DNA of 55,118 nucleotides from assembly GCA_963575745.1 (NCBI GenBank), contig CAUYUJ010000183.1, positions 62,001 to 117,118 of the forward strand, in the 5' to 3' direction. Source of the stretch: Prorocentrum cordatum. Taxonomy: Eukaryota. Made by a program: the position numbers and the translations under genes. Shown here piece by piece: positions 38,370 through 47,746 of this stretch. The notes beneath the pieces were generated by a model. It was not told where the DNA came from and made no database searches. It saw only the letters and a list, made by a program, of their open reading frames with translations. The first letter of the stretch is position 1. Every line of letters begins with the position of its first letter.

Positions 38370-41300
38370 TTAGACCTCAAGACCGCGTCGGCACTCATCC
38401 CTAGGGGTGGCAGCTTCGCTGTGGTCATCCTCCCCCAGGAGCCCTCCAACGAGGTATCCCGCTTGCCGCAGATTCCGAGCGAAAAAATTGAGGTATGCTA
38501 TGCCCTCGTCGGTGCGGCCATGGACCACCTTCAGGTCAATCTTCCCGAAGGACATCCACTTTGTGCCCGTGTGTGATGCCCCAGTGCCTGCGCTGAACGT
38601 CAGGCCGTGACCACTGCCAAGCTTTTGATTGTGGACTATGGCCTCTGCCCATTTCCCAGTGATGTTCACGCTCATGAAGTACGTGTCCGCGCAAGCGCCA
38701 CCCACCTGCCGCGCGTCGGCATCTACGCGAAGGAGTGTCAACAGCGGGCGCGCCCCGAAGGGCACGAGGAGGAGGACGTGGGCCCCAGGCTGCATCACGT
38801 CGAAATGCTGCCCTCGCACATTAACCAGATGCGGATCGCCTGACGCGCTCACCCGCGGCAACGCAGTCGGCGCCACTGTCGGCGCCGCCGTGGGCGCGGC
38901 GATCGGCGCCGCAGACGGCGCAGCCGTCGGCGAACCAGTCGGGGCTGCAGTCGGCGCAGCTGTCGGCGAACCAGTCGGGGCCCTCGTCGGAGCAGCCGTC
39001 GGCGCAGCTGTCGGCGCCGCAGTCGGCGAACCAGTCGGTGCCGCAGTTGGCGCAGCTGTCGGTGCTGCAGTCGGCGCAGCTGTCGGCCAACTGGTCGGTG
39101 CCCTCGTTGGTGCAGAAGTCGGCGCAGCTGTCGGCGAACCAGTCGGTGCCATCGTTGGTGCTGCGGTCGGAGCAGCTGTCGGCGCAGATGTCGGCGCCGC
39201 AGTCGGAGAGGCAGTTGGTGTCGCAGTAGGTGCAGCTGTCGGCGCCGCTGTAGGCGCGGCTGTCGGCGCAGCAGTTGGAGCAGCTGTCGGCGACGCTGTC
39301 GGCGCCATTGTTGGTGCAGCAGTCGGCGCGGCTGTCGGTGAGGCAGTCGGTGCCGCTGTCGGTGCCATTGTCGGCGTCGCTGTCGGTGCCGCTGTCGGCG
39401 CAGCGGTCGGCGCAGCTGTCGGCGCAGCTGTCGGCGCGGCTGTCGGTGCCGCTGTCGGTGTCGCAGTCGGCGCGGCTGTCGGCGAAGTGGTCGGTGCGCT
39501 CGTTGGTGCCGCAGTTGGCGCAGCTGTCGGCGTCGCCGTCGGTACCGCTGTCGGCGCAGCGGTCGGCGAATCCGTCGGTGCTGCTGTCGGTGCCGCTGTC
39601 GGCGCAGCGGTCGGCGAATCCGTCGGTGCCGCTGTCGGTGCCGCTGTCGGCGCAGCTGTGGGCTGCGCAGTCGGAGCGGCTGTCGGTGCCGCAGTCGGTG
39701 CGGCCGTCGGTGCCGCAGTCGGCGCAGCTGTCGGCGAACCAGTCGGTGCCATCGTTGGTGCTGCGGTCGGAGCAGCTGTCGGCGCAGATGTCGGGGCCGC
39801 AGTCGGAGAGGCAGTTGGTGTCGCAGTAGGTGCAGCTGTCGGCGCCGCTGTAGGCGCGGCTGTCGGCGCAGCAGTTGGAGCAGCTGTCGGCGACGCTGTC
39901 GGCGCCATTGTTGGTGCAGCAGTCGGCGCGGCTGTCGGTGAACCAGTTGGGGCAGCTGTCGGCGAGGCAGTCGGTGCCATTGTCGGTGCCGCAGTCGGTG
40001 AACCAGTCGGTGCAGCAGTCGGCACAGCTGTCGGCGCTGCTGTGGGCGCCGGTGTCGGCGCGGCTGTCGGTGCCGCTGTCGGCGCAGCTGTCGGCTGCGC
40101 AGTCGGCGCGGCTGTCGGTGCCGCAGTCGGTGCCGCTGTCGGCGCAGCGGTCGGCGAATCCGTCGGTGCCGCTGTCGGTGCCGCTGTCGGCGCAGCTGTG
40201 GGCTGCGCAGTCGGAGCGGCTGTCGGTGCCGCAGTCGGTGCGGCCGTCGGTGCCGCAGTCGGCGCAGCTGTCGGCGAACCAGTCGGTGCCATCGTTGGTG
40301 CTGCGGTCGGAGCAGCTGTCGGCGCAGATGTCGGGGCCGCAGTCGGAGAGGCAGTCGGTCTCGCAGTAGGTGCAGCTGTCGGCGCCACTGTAGGCGCGGC
40401 TGTCGGCGCAGCAGTTGGAGCAGCTGTCGGCGACGCTGTCGGCGCCATTGTTGGCGCAGCAGTCGGCGCGGCTGTCGGTGAACCAGTCGGTGCCATCGTT
40501 GGTGCTGTGGTCGGAGCAGCAGTCGGCGCAGTTGTCGGGGCCGCAGTCGGAGAGGCAGTCGGTGTCGCAGTAGGTGCAACTGTAGGCGAGGTCGTCGGCA
40601 CGGCGGTTGGCGCCGCCGTCGGTGTACCGGTCGGCGCGAATGTCGGAGCTGTGGTGGGGGCGTTCGTGTAGCAAGTCTGGCTCAACTCGTCGGCGAAGAA
40701 TGAAGAAGTCCCGGACATGGCGAAATTGCGGCCCCAAGACTGGACGTACTGGTCGGGCATGTCCGTCATGATCTTGAACGAGACGAAGAACTCGGAGACG
40801 TTAAAAAACTCCACCATGAAGCATCGCTTCGCCTGGTCCACGGTCGGGTACGACGCGTCTGGGCAAGTGATATTGGTCAACTGGTTTTGGTCTAGCGGGT
40901 TGTCGCAACCATGGCCGAACATCCGCGAGGTTGCCCGGATCGCAAACTTTTCGCCAGAGTTGGAGACAAACTTCCTGGAAGTCCTGCCCGGAATCGATGT
41001 CTGGATGGAGGATACTGTGTATGTCAATGGGACCGGGCTTCCACTCATGAGAGTATTGAATTCGAACAAGTCCAAATCAAAATCGATGTCATCGTCGACC
41101 GTGAAGACAGCACTGACACCGTCGAGGATTAAGATCTCGTTCTCCCCATCCTTGAAGTGGTCGATGTCACAGAACGTTATCTTTGGCAGGTGTGGCGTCT
41201 CAGGGCAGAAGGTATGGTTTCTCACAAACTCCGCTTTGATGTTTACATATTCCCCGATGAGCAGGTTCACAGTTGCCTGCGAGCCAGAAATCTTGTTCCA

Positions 41301-42002
41301 ATTCGTATTCCTGGGGGTATACCGGGACGTATTGACAAACACTATATCGATGCTAACCCCGTTTGCGAGTTTTCCGACTCCATAGTATCTGAGCTCTTTG
41401 GGCCTGTGAAAATCAGGACCCAGTCCAGCAAGATTCGAGTGAGATGTCCTCCCCTCGCCATCGTCGTTCGAGCCCCTGAACTCGATCCAGTCCTCACAGA
41501 CTGCGTTGATGGGCTGGTCGTGTGGGGGGCACTCCTGAGGGCACGCGCAACACATGTGCGAGGAGAAGTCTCCATCGTCATAGTAAGGGTCGAAGCAGAT
41601 GCCCGAGAATGGCTCTTCAGGGTCGTGCGCATAGGCTTCGCACGAAAGGCCCATCCTGTTCGTAGCACCGTTGTCTGTATCCACGCAGGTAGTCGGCGAT
41701 GGTGTCGCAACGGGTGTCACTGCTCGCTGATGTCGTGAAGACTGCCAGCCACGAGGCCACCATTCCGCACGCCTCGTCGCGTTCTGGACCTCGTACGACA
41801 AGTCACCCATGGAGACCTGCAGCATGGCAACGTCGACGTACCCCGCACGTTCACGCACTTCGAATATGTCCATGCTGGCCCTTGCTGCTCCTAGGGCACA
41901 CGTAGTAGTAACAGTAGTAGAGACAGAAAGCAGTATTAGCGCTACTGCAGCCTGTCTTGCGCAGCATGTTGCAACACAACGGTAATAAGATGAGATAAGC
42001 AT
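38370..42002 (-). CDS. Intronless secreted mucin-like protein (1210 aa): putative signal peptide, Cys-rich DTDNGA..DDGDF..MCCAC module, NLAGLGPD domain, ~150 TAAP repeats, C-terminal GDPH (VWD-like) domain; probable retrogene
   Basis: 3.6-kb uninterrupted ORF with non-repetitive globular segments at both ends; hydrophobic AAVALILLSVS near the N-terminus; GDPHLVNVRGQHFDV at 38840-38796; repeat variation is mostly synonymous in this frame; relict spliced leader 45 nt upstream. Confidence 0.92.
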   Translation of the reverse strand: MLISSYYRCVATCCARQAAVALILLSVSTTVTTTCALGAARASMDIFEVRERAGYVDVAMLQVSMGDLSYEVQNATRRAEWWPRGWQSSRHQRAVTPVATPSPTTCVDTDNGATNRMGLSCEAYAHDPEEPFSGICFDPYYDDGDFSSHMCCACPQECPPHDQPINAVCEDWIEFRGSNDDGEGRTSHSNLAGLGPDFHRPKELRYYGVGKLANGVSIDIVFVNTSRYTPRNTNWNKISGSQATVNLLIGEYVNIKAEFVRNHTFCPETPHLPKITFCDIDHFKDGENEILILDGVSAVFTVDDDIDFDLDLFEFNTLMSGSPVPLTYTVSSIQTSIPGRTSRKFVSNSGEKFAIRATSRMFGHGCDNPLDQNQLTNITCPDASYPTVDQAKRCFMVEFFNVSEFFVSFKIMTDMPDQYVQSWGRNFAMSGTSSFFADELSQTCYTNAPTTAPTFAPTGTPTAAPTAVPTTSPTVAPTATPTASPTAAPTTAPTAAPTTAPTMAPTGSPTAAPTAAPTMAPTASPTAAPTAAPTAAPTVAPTAAPTARPTASPTAAPTSAPTAAPTAAPTMAPTGSPTAAPTAAPTAAPTAAPTAAPTAQPTAAPTAAPTAAPTDSPTAAPTAAPTAAPTAAPTAQPTAAPTAAPTAAPTPAPTAAPTAVPTAAPTGSPTAAPTMAPTASPTAAPTGSPTAAPTAAPTMAPTASPTAAPTAAPTAAPTAAPTAAPTATPTASPTAAPTSAPTAAPTAAPTMAPTGSPTAAPTAAPTAAPTAAPTAAPTAQPTAAPTAAPTAAPTDSPTAAPTAAPTAAPTDSPTAAPTAVPTATPTAAPTAAPTSAPTTSPTAAPTATPTAAPTAAPTAAPTAAPTAAPTAAPTATPTMAPTAAPTASPTAAPTAAPTMAPTASPTAAPTAAPTAAPTAAPTAAPTATPTASPTAAPTSAPTAAPTAAPTMAPTGSPTAAPTSAPTRAPTSWPTAAPTAAPTAAPTAAPTGSPTAAPTAAPTAAPTRAPTGSPTAAPTAAPTGSPTAAPSAAPIAAPTAAPTVAPTALPRVSASGDPHLVNVRGQHFDVMQPGAHVLLLVPFGARPLLTLLRVDADARQVGGACADTYFMSVNITGKWAEAIVHNQKLGSGHGLTFSAGTGASHTGTKWMSFGKIDLKVVHGRTDEGIAYLNFFARNLRQAGYLVGGLLGEDDHSEAATPRDECRRGLEV
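38860..40665 (-). repeat. 12-bp coding repeat (TAAP) with 540- and 600-bp higher-order duplications
   Basis: Identical 60-mers start at 39121, 39721 and 40261; 39601-39900 closely matches 40141-40440. Confidence 0.95.
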
Positions 42003-42047
42003 ACCTGTATTTCAGTACCCGGGTGGTCGAACTGGCCGTTCAACCAT

Positions 42048-42069
42048 CTTGAGCCACAATAGCCACGGA
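42048..42069 (-). other. Relict dinoflagellate spliced leader (DinoSL) in genomic DNA
   Basis: Minus strand TCCGTGGCTATTGTGGCTCAAG versus DinoSL DCCGTAGCCATTTTGGCTCAAG (19/22), same strand as and directly 5' of the intronless ORF. Confidence 0.9.
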
Positions 42070-42242
42070 CTGCTGGTACCACATTAAGAATACAGCTTTC
42101 GGTGGAGCTCCCTATGGACCACGAAACGTGTGAGCGGTGGGCCGAAATGGGGCACGGCCGCAATGCGAACCCTGCCACTGCGGCCTCGGGTCTAGCTCCG
42201 TATGGAGCCACGAATCGTGTGAAGGGTGTGCAAGATCTGAAG

Positions 42243-42281
42243 GTGGTGATGATGATGTTGATGATGGTGATGGTGATGGTG

Positions 42282-42357
<76 letters not shown>

Positions 42358-42412
42358 CGATCACGATGATCATGGTGTCGATGACGATGATGATGATGCT
42401 GATGATGATGAT
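42243..42412. repeat. (GAT)n microsatellite
   Basis: Direct reading. Confidence 0.95.
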
Positions 42413-43285
42413 AAGAACAGGAAGGAGGAGGTGGGAGAGAAACGCGGGGCACTGTCTCTTCAAAAGAAACACCCAACACCACAGGATGGCTAGAAACAAA
42501 ATCACAACGGGAAATGTTTGGCCATTTTCAGCCGCTGGGGGCCCTCGCCGGGCCCCGGGACCGCTTGAAAACTACTCAGGATGGAGAACCGGCATCAAAG
42601 AAAGGGTCGGGACTTCTATAGGGACCGCGTATTGACAAACATCAAGATGTCGCAACTCTGAATAAGTCAAGAACCTCCGAGATCCGGCGGCTCTGGAGGA
42701 TGTCTCGGGCGCCGCAGCCTTCTCGGAGCGTTCTGGAACGCTCTGAGAGCGTTCCGGAACGCTCTGGAACGGATGTCGCTATCCGCGTCCTAGCCCCGCC
42801 CGACGGGGCAACAAGGGCATCTGTTTTGCCCCAGCGGCTCAGCAAAGTTTTTTTTTTGCGGGGTGTGCTGATAGCCCCCATGAGGGGAAGCGGATTTGGT
42901 GTGCAGCGTGAACGGCATCTCTTGTCATTCGCATCGTCTTCTCGTGAGAAAAAAAAGTCGCGCGTGTGGAGCGTCTTTCAAGCAAGATTCAAGATTTTGC
43001 TTGCTCTGCTCGGCGCGTGTTTGGCGTGCCGGACGGATTTCTGCAGGGCGCGTTGCGCTAGAACCGGTATCCAGCGGCTCAGCAAAGTCAGGACGGCATC
43101 TCGGTCCCACCGTTGAGGGAGCGCGGCCGGTCGCCGGGGTCGGCGCCAGACCCGACGGTGAGCGGCGAGGGTGCCTCGCCCGCCGCGGCCTCCTGGGGCC
43201 CCTCTCTCGGGGGCGGCAGGGGCGACGGCCGTCCCTCCCCTCCGCAGGTCCTCAAACAGCACGAGCCGCCGGACCGATGCGAAGG

Positions 43286-43490
43286 TTGGAAGCTTGGAAA
43301 TTGGCACCAACACCAACATCAGGGGTTGCCTCCACGGGAGGAAGATGATCCTGGATTTCGGTGTTGGTGGTAATATTTCGGCCACCTAGAAGGCCCGAAA
43401 TATTACCACCATCACCTGGATCGGGATCATCTTCCCTCGGTGGAAGCACGCCGCCGATATTGGTGTTGGTGCCAACCTCTAGGCCTCCGA
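43286..43490. mobile_element. Fold-back element with ~95-bp arms and a short loop
   Basis: TTGGCACCAACACCAACATC..GGAAGATGATCC..GGTGGTAATATTTCGG mirrored by CCGAAATATTACCACC..GGATCATCTTCC..GATATTGGTGTTGGTGCCAA. Confidence 0.88.
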
Positions 43491-43609
43491 GAAGGCCAGC
43501 TGCGTGCTCTGCAGGAGCTCGTGCAGAGCCCCCGCGGGCGGCGAGCAATCGGCGGAAGCCCTGCCGATCGCAGCGATCGCCCCCGCCGGCACTTCCTCGG
43601 GGATCTGGT

Positions 43610-44218
43610 TCACAAGACCTGGTGTCCCAATCGGGGCCGTCGGGAGAGGGGCGGATGGTACAGAGGTTTCTGAGCCTCGTCGTCTCGGGGCATCGCGGGA
43701 GAGGTCACACTCTGCCTCCTCAGGAGTGCCGCCCAGCTCGAAAGAACAAAAACGCCGTGGGTACCAACTTCTTCCGCAATCTTCACGTTGGCTTCCCACT
43801 TCGCCTTGGCTTCCGCCTCCTCCGTGGCCTCTTCTCCATTGTATGCCTCGACCCGCGCGCCATCCTGAGCCGTAACCTCGGCCGCCGCGTCCGCGTTGGC
43901 TTCCTCAAGTGTCCTGGATGGCGCCTTGGCCGCAGCGGATAGCACGGAGTCGTAGGCGCTCTCGTGAACATAACTACCTGATGCTGGAGTCGTCGGGGAA
44001 CTTCCTACTTTGCCGTAGGACAACTTGTTGTCCCTGTCCGCAACAAACGAGTCTGTGATCGCTGCATAGCACTGGGTGCACATCATGACGCAAATGGCGC
44101 CGCCGACCAACAGAACCATAATCAACATGACCAGGGTGAGGTCGACGCCGGGATCACAGCACCTGTACGACTTCGCAACTCCCGAAGCACAGAGATCCTC
44201 CTTAGAGAGGTCGCCAAA
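43610..44218 (-). pseudogene. Possible exon or decayed fragment of a single-pass membrane protein
   Basis: Open frame DLCASGVAKSYRCCDPGVDLTLVMLIMVLLVGGAICVMMCTQC..EEATEEAEAKAKWE; no family recognised, no splice structure resolved. Confidence 0.3.
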
Positions 44219-45829
44219 TCATGTCGGAGGTCCGCGCGAGGTGCTCGGGACGGCGAGGGCCGCTGGCGCCAGAGGCGCTGATAGGGAGCGTGCAGGGGGG
44301 TGCTGAGTGCCGGCCCAAGGAATCTGCGCGGACCTCCGAAACCTGATGCTTGCTCTGATTTATGGCTCCTCGAGGCCTGGCTCGCGACCCGGAAGCCGTC
44401 GGTGCAGAATCCCTCGCACCCCGACTGACAACACTCGTCGGTCGTTCACCTCGTGGGCGGGAAACCATATCCACGGCCTCGCGGTATGGACTCCTCGGCC
44501 GCGAAACAATGGAGAAAGGGCGGCTTCGTGGGGATGCGCCGCGCGAAGCGCACCCATGGGCTCGCGCACCCATGATACTTGCCTCGCGCCTTGACATCCA
44601 ATCCGCGAGGCAGGGACATCAGTCCCCAATCAGCGCTTACACTAAGAGGGTCTTTCTGCTTCCCCTCACGATTCGCATCTGGGTGTGCCAAGGCCTCTGC
44701 TTCTGCTGGTACTTCGCCACCGGGCTCCTGTACAAGGCGTTCCTTTGCAAGCGCGCCGTTTTCGGCACCGCCGGATCCCGAGGCTTTGCCTCCTCCTGGC
44801 CTCGCCGTAAGGCTGCGCTCCTTCCCTTCCCCCCTCTTTGTTCATTCAAAGCCTCCGCGTCGCACACAGCATCCAATATTCAACACCGCCCCGCTGCAAG
44901 AGAGAACCCGTAGGAGTTCTCTTCAAATCGTGGCCCGCTTAGCTTCGCGCGGCCCGCTCAGCTTCGACCGGAAGAGCTGCGCTCTCGACCCGCGAAGCAC
45001 AAAGGAAGTGAAGTGCGCCGGGGCCTCCGCAGAGGGCGCCCCCCTCCGCCGTGCGCGGGGTGAGCTCCCGCCCACCTCCGCCCAGCAGCGCCCCGCCCCC
45101 GCCCTGCCTCGCGCGCCGGCTGCGCCTCCTCTGGGCGGCTCCCGCCGCCCGCCCGCCCGCCGCCGCCCCTCGTGCGGCTGGGGGAGCGGCCCCCTCGGGC
45201 TGTTCTCGTGCCCGGTGTTCGCCCCTCGCCGCCGCGTGGCCGCCTCGTGCGCAAGTTCTGCGGCTCCAGGTGCCGGCTCCCTGGCAGCCGGCACCTCGCA
45301 CAGATCGAGGAGGGAGGGAGGAGGAGGCGGGGGAGGAGGAGGAGGAGGAGGAGGAGGAGGAGGAGGAGGAGGAGGAGGAGGAGGAGGAGGAGGAGGAGGA
45401 GGAGGAGGGGTCCGCGATCCATGGAGCTGGCGCGCGGTCGCCAACTCCACGGATCGGGGGGGGGGGGGGGGGGGCCCCCCCCCCAACAAAAAAAGCGGCG
45501 CCAGGGCCTCCTCGCTCGGCGGCAGAGGTCCCAGATTGATTTCCCATGGAAGGGGGGCCCGTCGCGAAGCCACGCCCCCCGGATTTTCGGGCTTGCGATC
45601 GCCCGAATAGGTCAGGCCCTCGCGGGCTGGGGCCGCTTCCTGCCCACCCCCGCCGCGCGCAGATCCAGGAGCCAAATCTCTACCCCGCGCGATCCGCCGC
45701 CCTAGAAGTCAGACGTCGGCCAGCGTGGGGCCCCAACAGAGATGCCTTGAAACCTTGGCGGTGCAGCCTGGGTGGTGCAGTCAATGTGGTGCCAGTCTAG
45801 ATGAGAGCAACTCATGTGCTGCAGTCTAT

Positions 45830-46085
45830 GTGCAATACAAAGCGATGCGAGCCAATGCAAAGCAGTGCAATGCGATGCGAAGCAGTGCAATGCAACCCCA
45901 AGCAACGCAAAGCAATGCAAAGCAGTGGAATGCGATGCAATGCAAAGCACTGCGACGCAATGCGAATCAGCGTAGTGCGAGGCGAAGCACTGCGAGGCCA
46001 TGCGAAGCAATGCAAGGCAAAACAAAGCAAAGCACTTCAAAGCAAAGCAAAGCAATGCAAAACAATGCGAACCTTGCGATGCGAT
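45830..46085. repeat. Degenerate (GCAAT/GCAAA)n pentanucleotide repeat
   Basis: Direct reading. Confidence 0.9.
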
Positions 46086-46804
46086 CGTAAGTGGAAAGCG
46101 ACGGAGGCAGGGGTATAACGGGGCGGCGGCGACGGACGGGAATGAAGCCGCCAGGTCAACAAACAAGCCTTCGATTGGGAGAAACGAGGCGGCGACGGAC
46201 GGGAACGGGGGGGGCCTCAGCGCCCACAGACGGCCCCAATTCCGCAGAAGGGATGTCAACACCCCTACGTAAATGCAAATACTGTTTGGGGAAACCTACA
46301 ATGACAACCAGCTCCGTTAGTCACCCGCCCCGTCACACCTATCAAGTAGTACTCTGCGGAGTACCCGCAATGCACTCGTCGAATGCGACCATGAGGGCAA
46401 TGCGCACACATGTCGAAGCCATGAGAAAGCCATTGGACTTCTACTGGCGTCAAATTAAAAGGCTGTCAAAGCACGAGTGTTTGTAAGGATTGCAGGGTTT
46501 CTGCGCATACTCGCCGAAATTATTGGGGAACATGACGTTGCGACAATGTCACGTGAGATCATGCGGGTCACACGCGGGCGCGTGTCGAAATCCTTCGACA
46601 ACGATCCCACACCCGCAAATTCTGTCAACAAAAAACGGGTGCAACCCACGCGCCCCCAAACGCGCGCGCATGTCGAAGTCATTCCGGAACTAGTCGTGTT
46701 CTGCACACTTCAAAATATAGAGGTGGTCAAACATGTTTGGACAAACCATGAATCGCAATACCAAGATGTTGGAGTTTCTGCACCCGCGCGTACTTCACCA
46801 TTCC

Positions 46805-47150
46805 TATCATCAACACAATCGTCATCATCGCCTTCGTCGCCACTGCCGTCGGCATCACCATTGCCATCATGCTCATCGAATTCACCATCGTCGCCGTTAC
46901 CACCACCACCGTCGTCATAATCACCGTACTCGTCATCGTCGTTGCCAACGGCCTCGCCGCTACAACAATCACCACCACCACCATCACCATCACAATCACC
47001 ATCACCATCATCACCATCACCATCGTCATCATAATCATAATCAGCATCAGCATCACCACCATCAGCATCATCATCGTCATCATCATCAGCATCATCGTCA
47101 TCATCATCATCGTCATCATCATCGTCGCCCATGTCGTCACCAACATCGTC
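46805..47150. repeat. (CAT/CAC)n low-complexity tract
   Basis: Direct reading. Confidence 0.9.
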
Positions 47151-47746
47151 ACCCACCCGCCCCAAGCATGGATCTGCACGGTGAGGGTCCTCGAGTCGCT
47201 GCGCCAGATAAGTTGTGCCAGCAAGTTTCAGATGGGTGCGTGGCATATTTGCTTGCACAGCGGAGCTGACGATTCAAAGTTATTTAAACATTACTTGCAT
47301 AACGTCGGTTGCACAACAAATATTGCTTCACACAGATTGCATACACATCGAGAGTGTAGTACACGCTGTCAAACGTGCTGGATAAGAAAGCTATTCAGAT
47401 CGGTCCTTGACCTCCCCCAGAGTCAATCCTGGCAAACTTTTCATCCTGGGTCGACGCTTGACGGCCCTGGGTCCCGCGAGAGGGCCCCCAGACGCCCGGC
47501 ACTGCGAGAACCGTCGATCTTTGAACCGTTGTTCCTCGACCGCGAGGGCATGGACATGGACACGCTCGTCGCTCAAGAGAACTTTGGGAGGTCGGCGCGG
47601 GTTTCTCAACTTGGCGCTAGAGCCCCCTTCCCAGCGCGCGGAGCGCGCTAGGGTTAGGTCGGGCATATCCGCCTACAGGCAGATTTTGAAGGAAACATTA
47701 ACAAGACCCAAACAATACGCAAACATGTTCAATGTATATATATATA

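Noticed and set aside
38629..40737. Overlapping long ORFs (680-aa VGAA antisense, 638-aa DSCA and 576-aa LRRQ frames)
   Set aside because: Shadows of the stop-poor 12-bp repeat; only the TAAP frame continues into globular domains on both sides.
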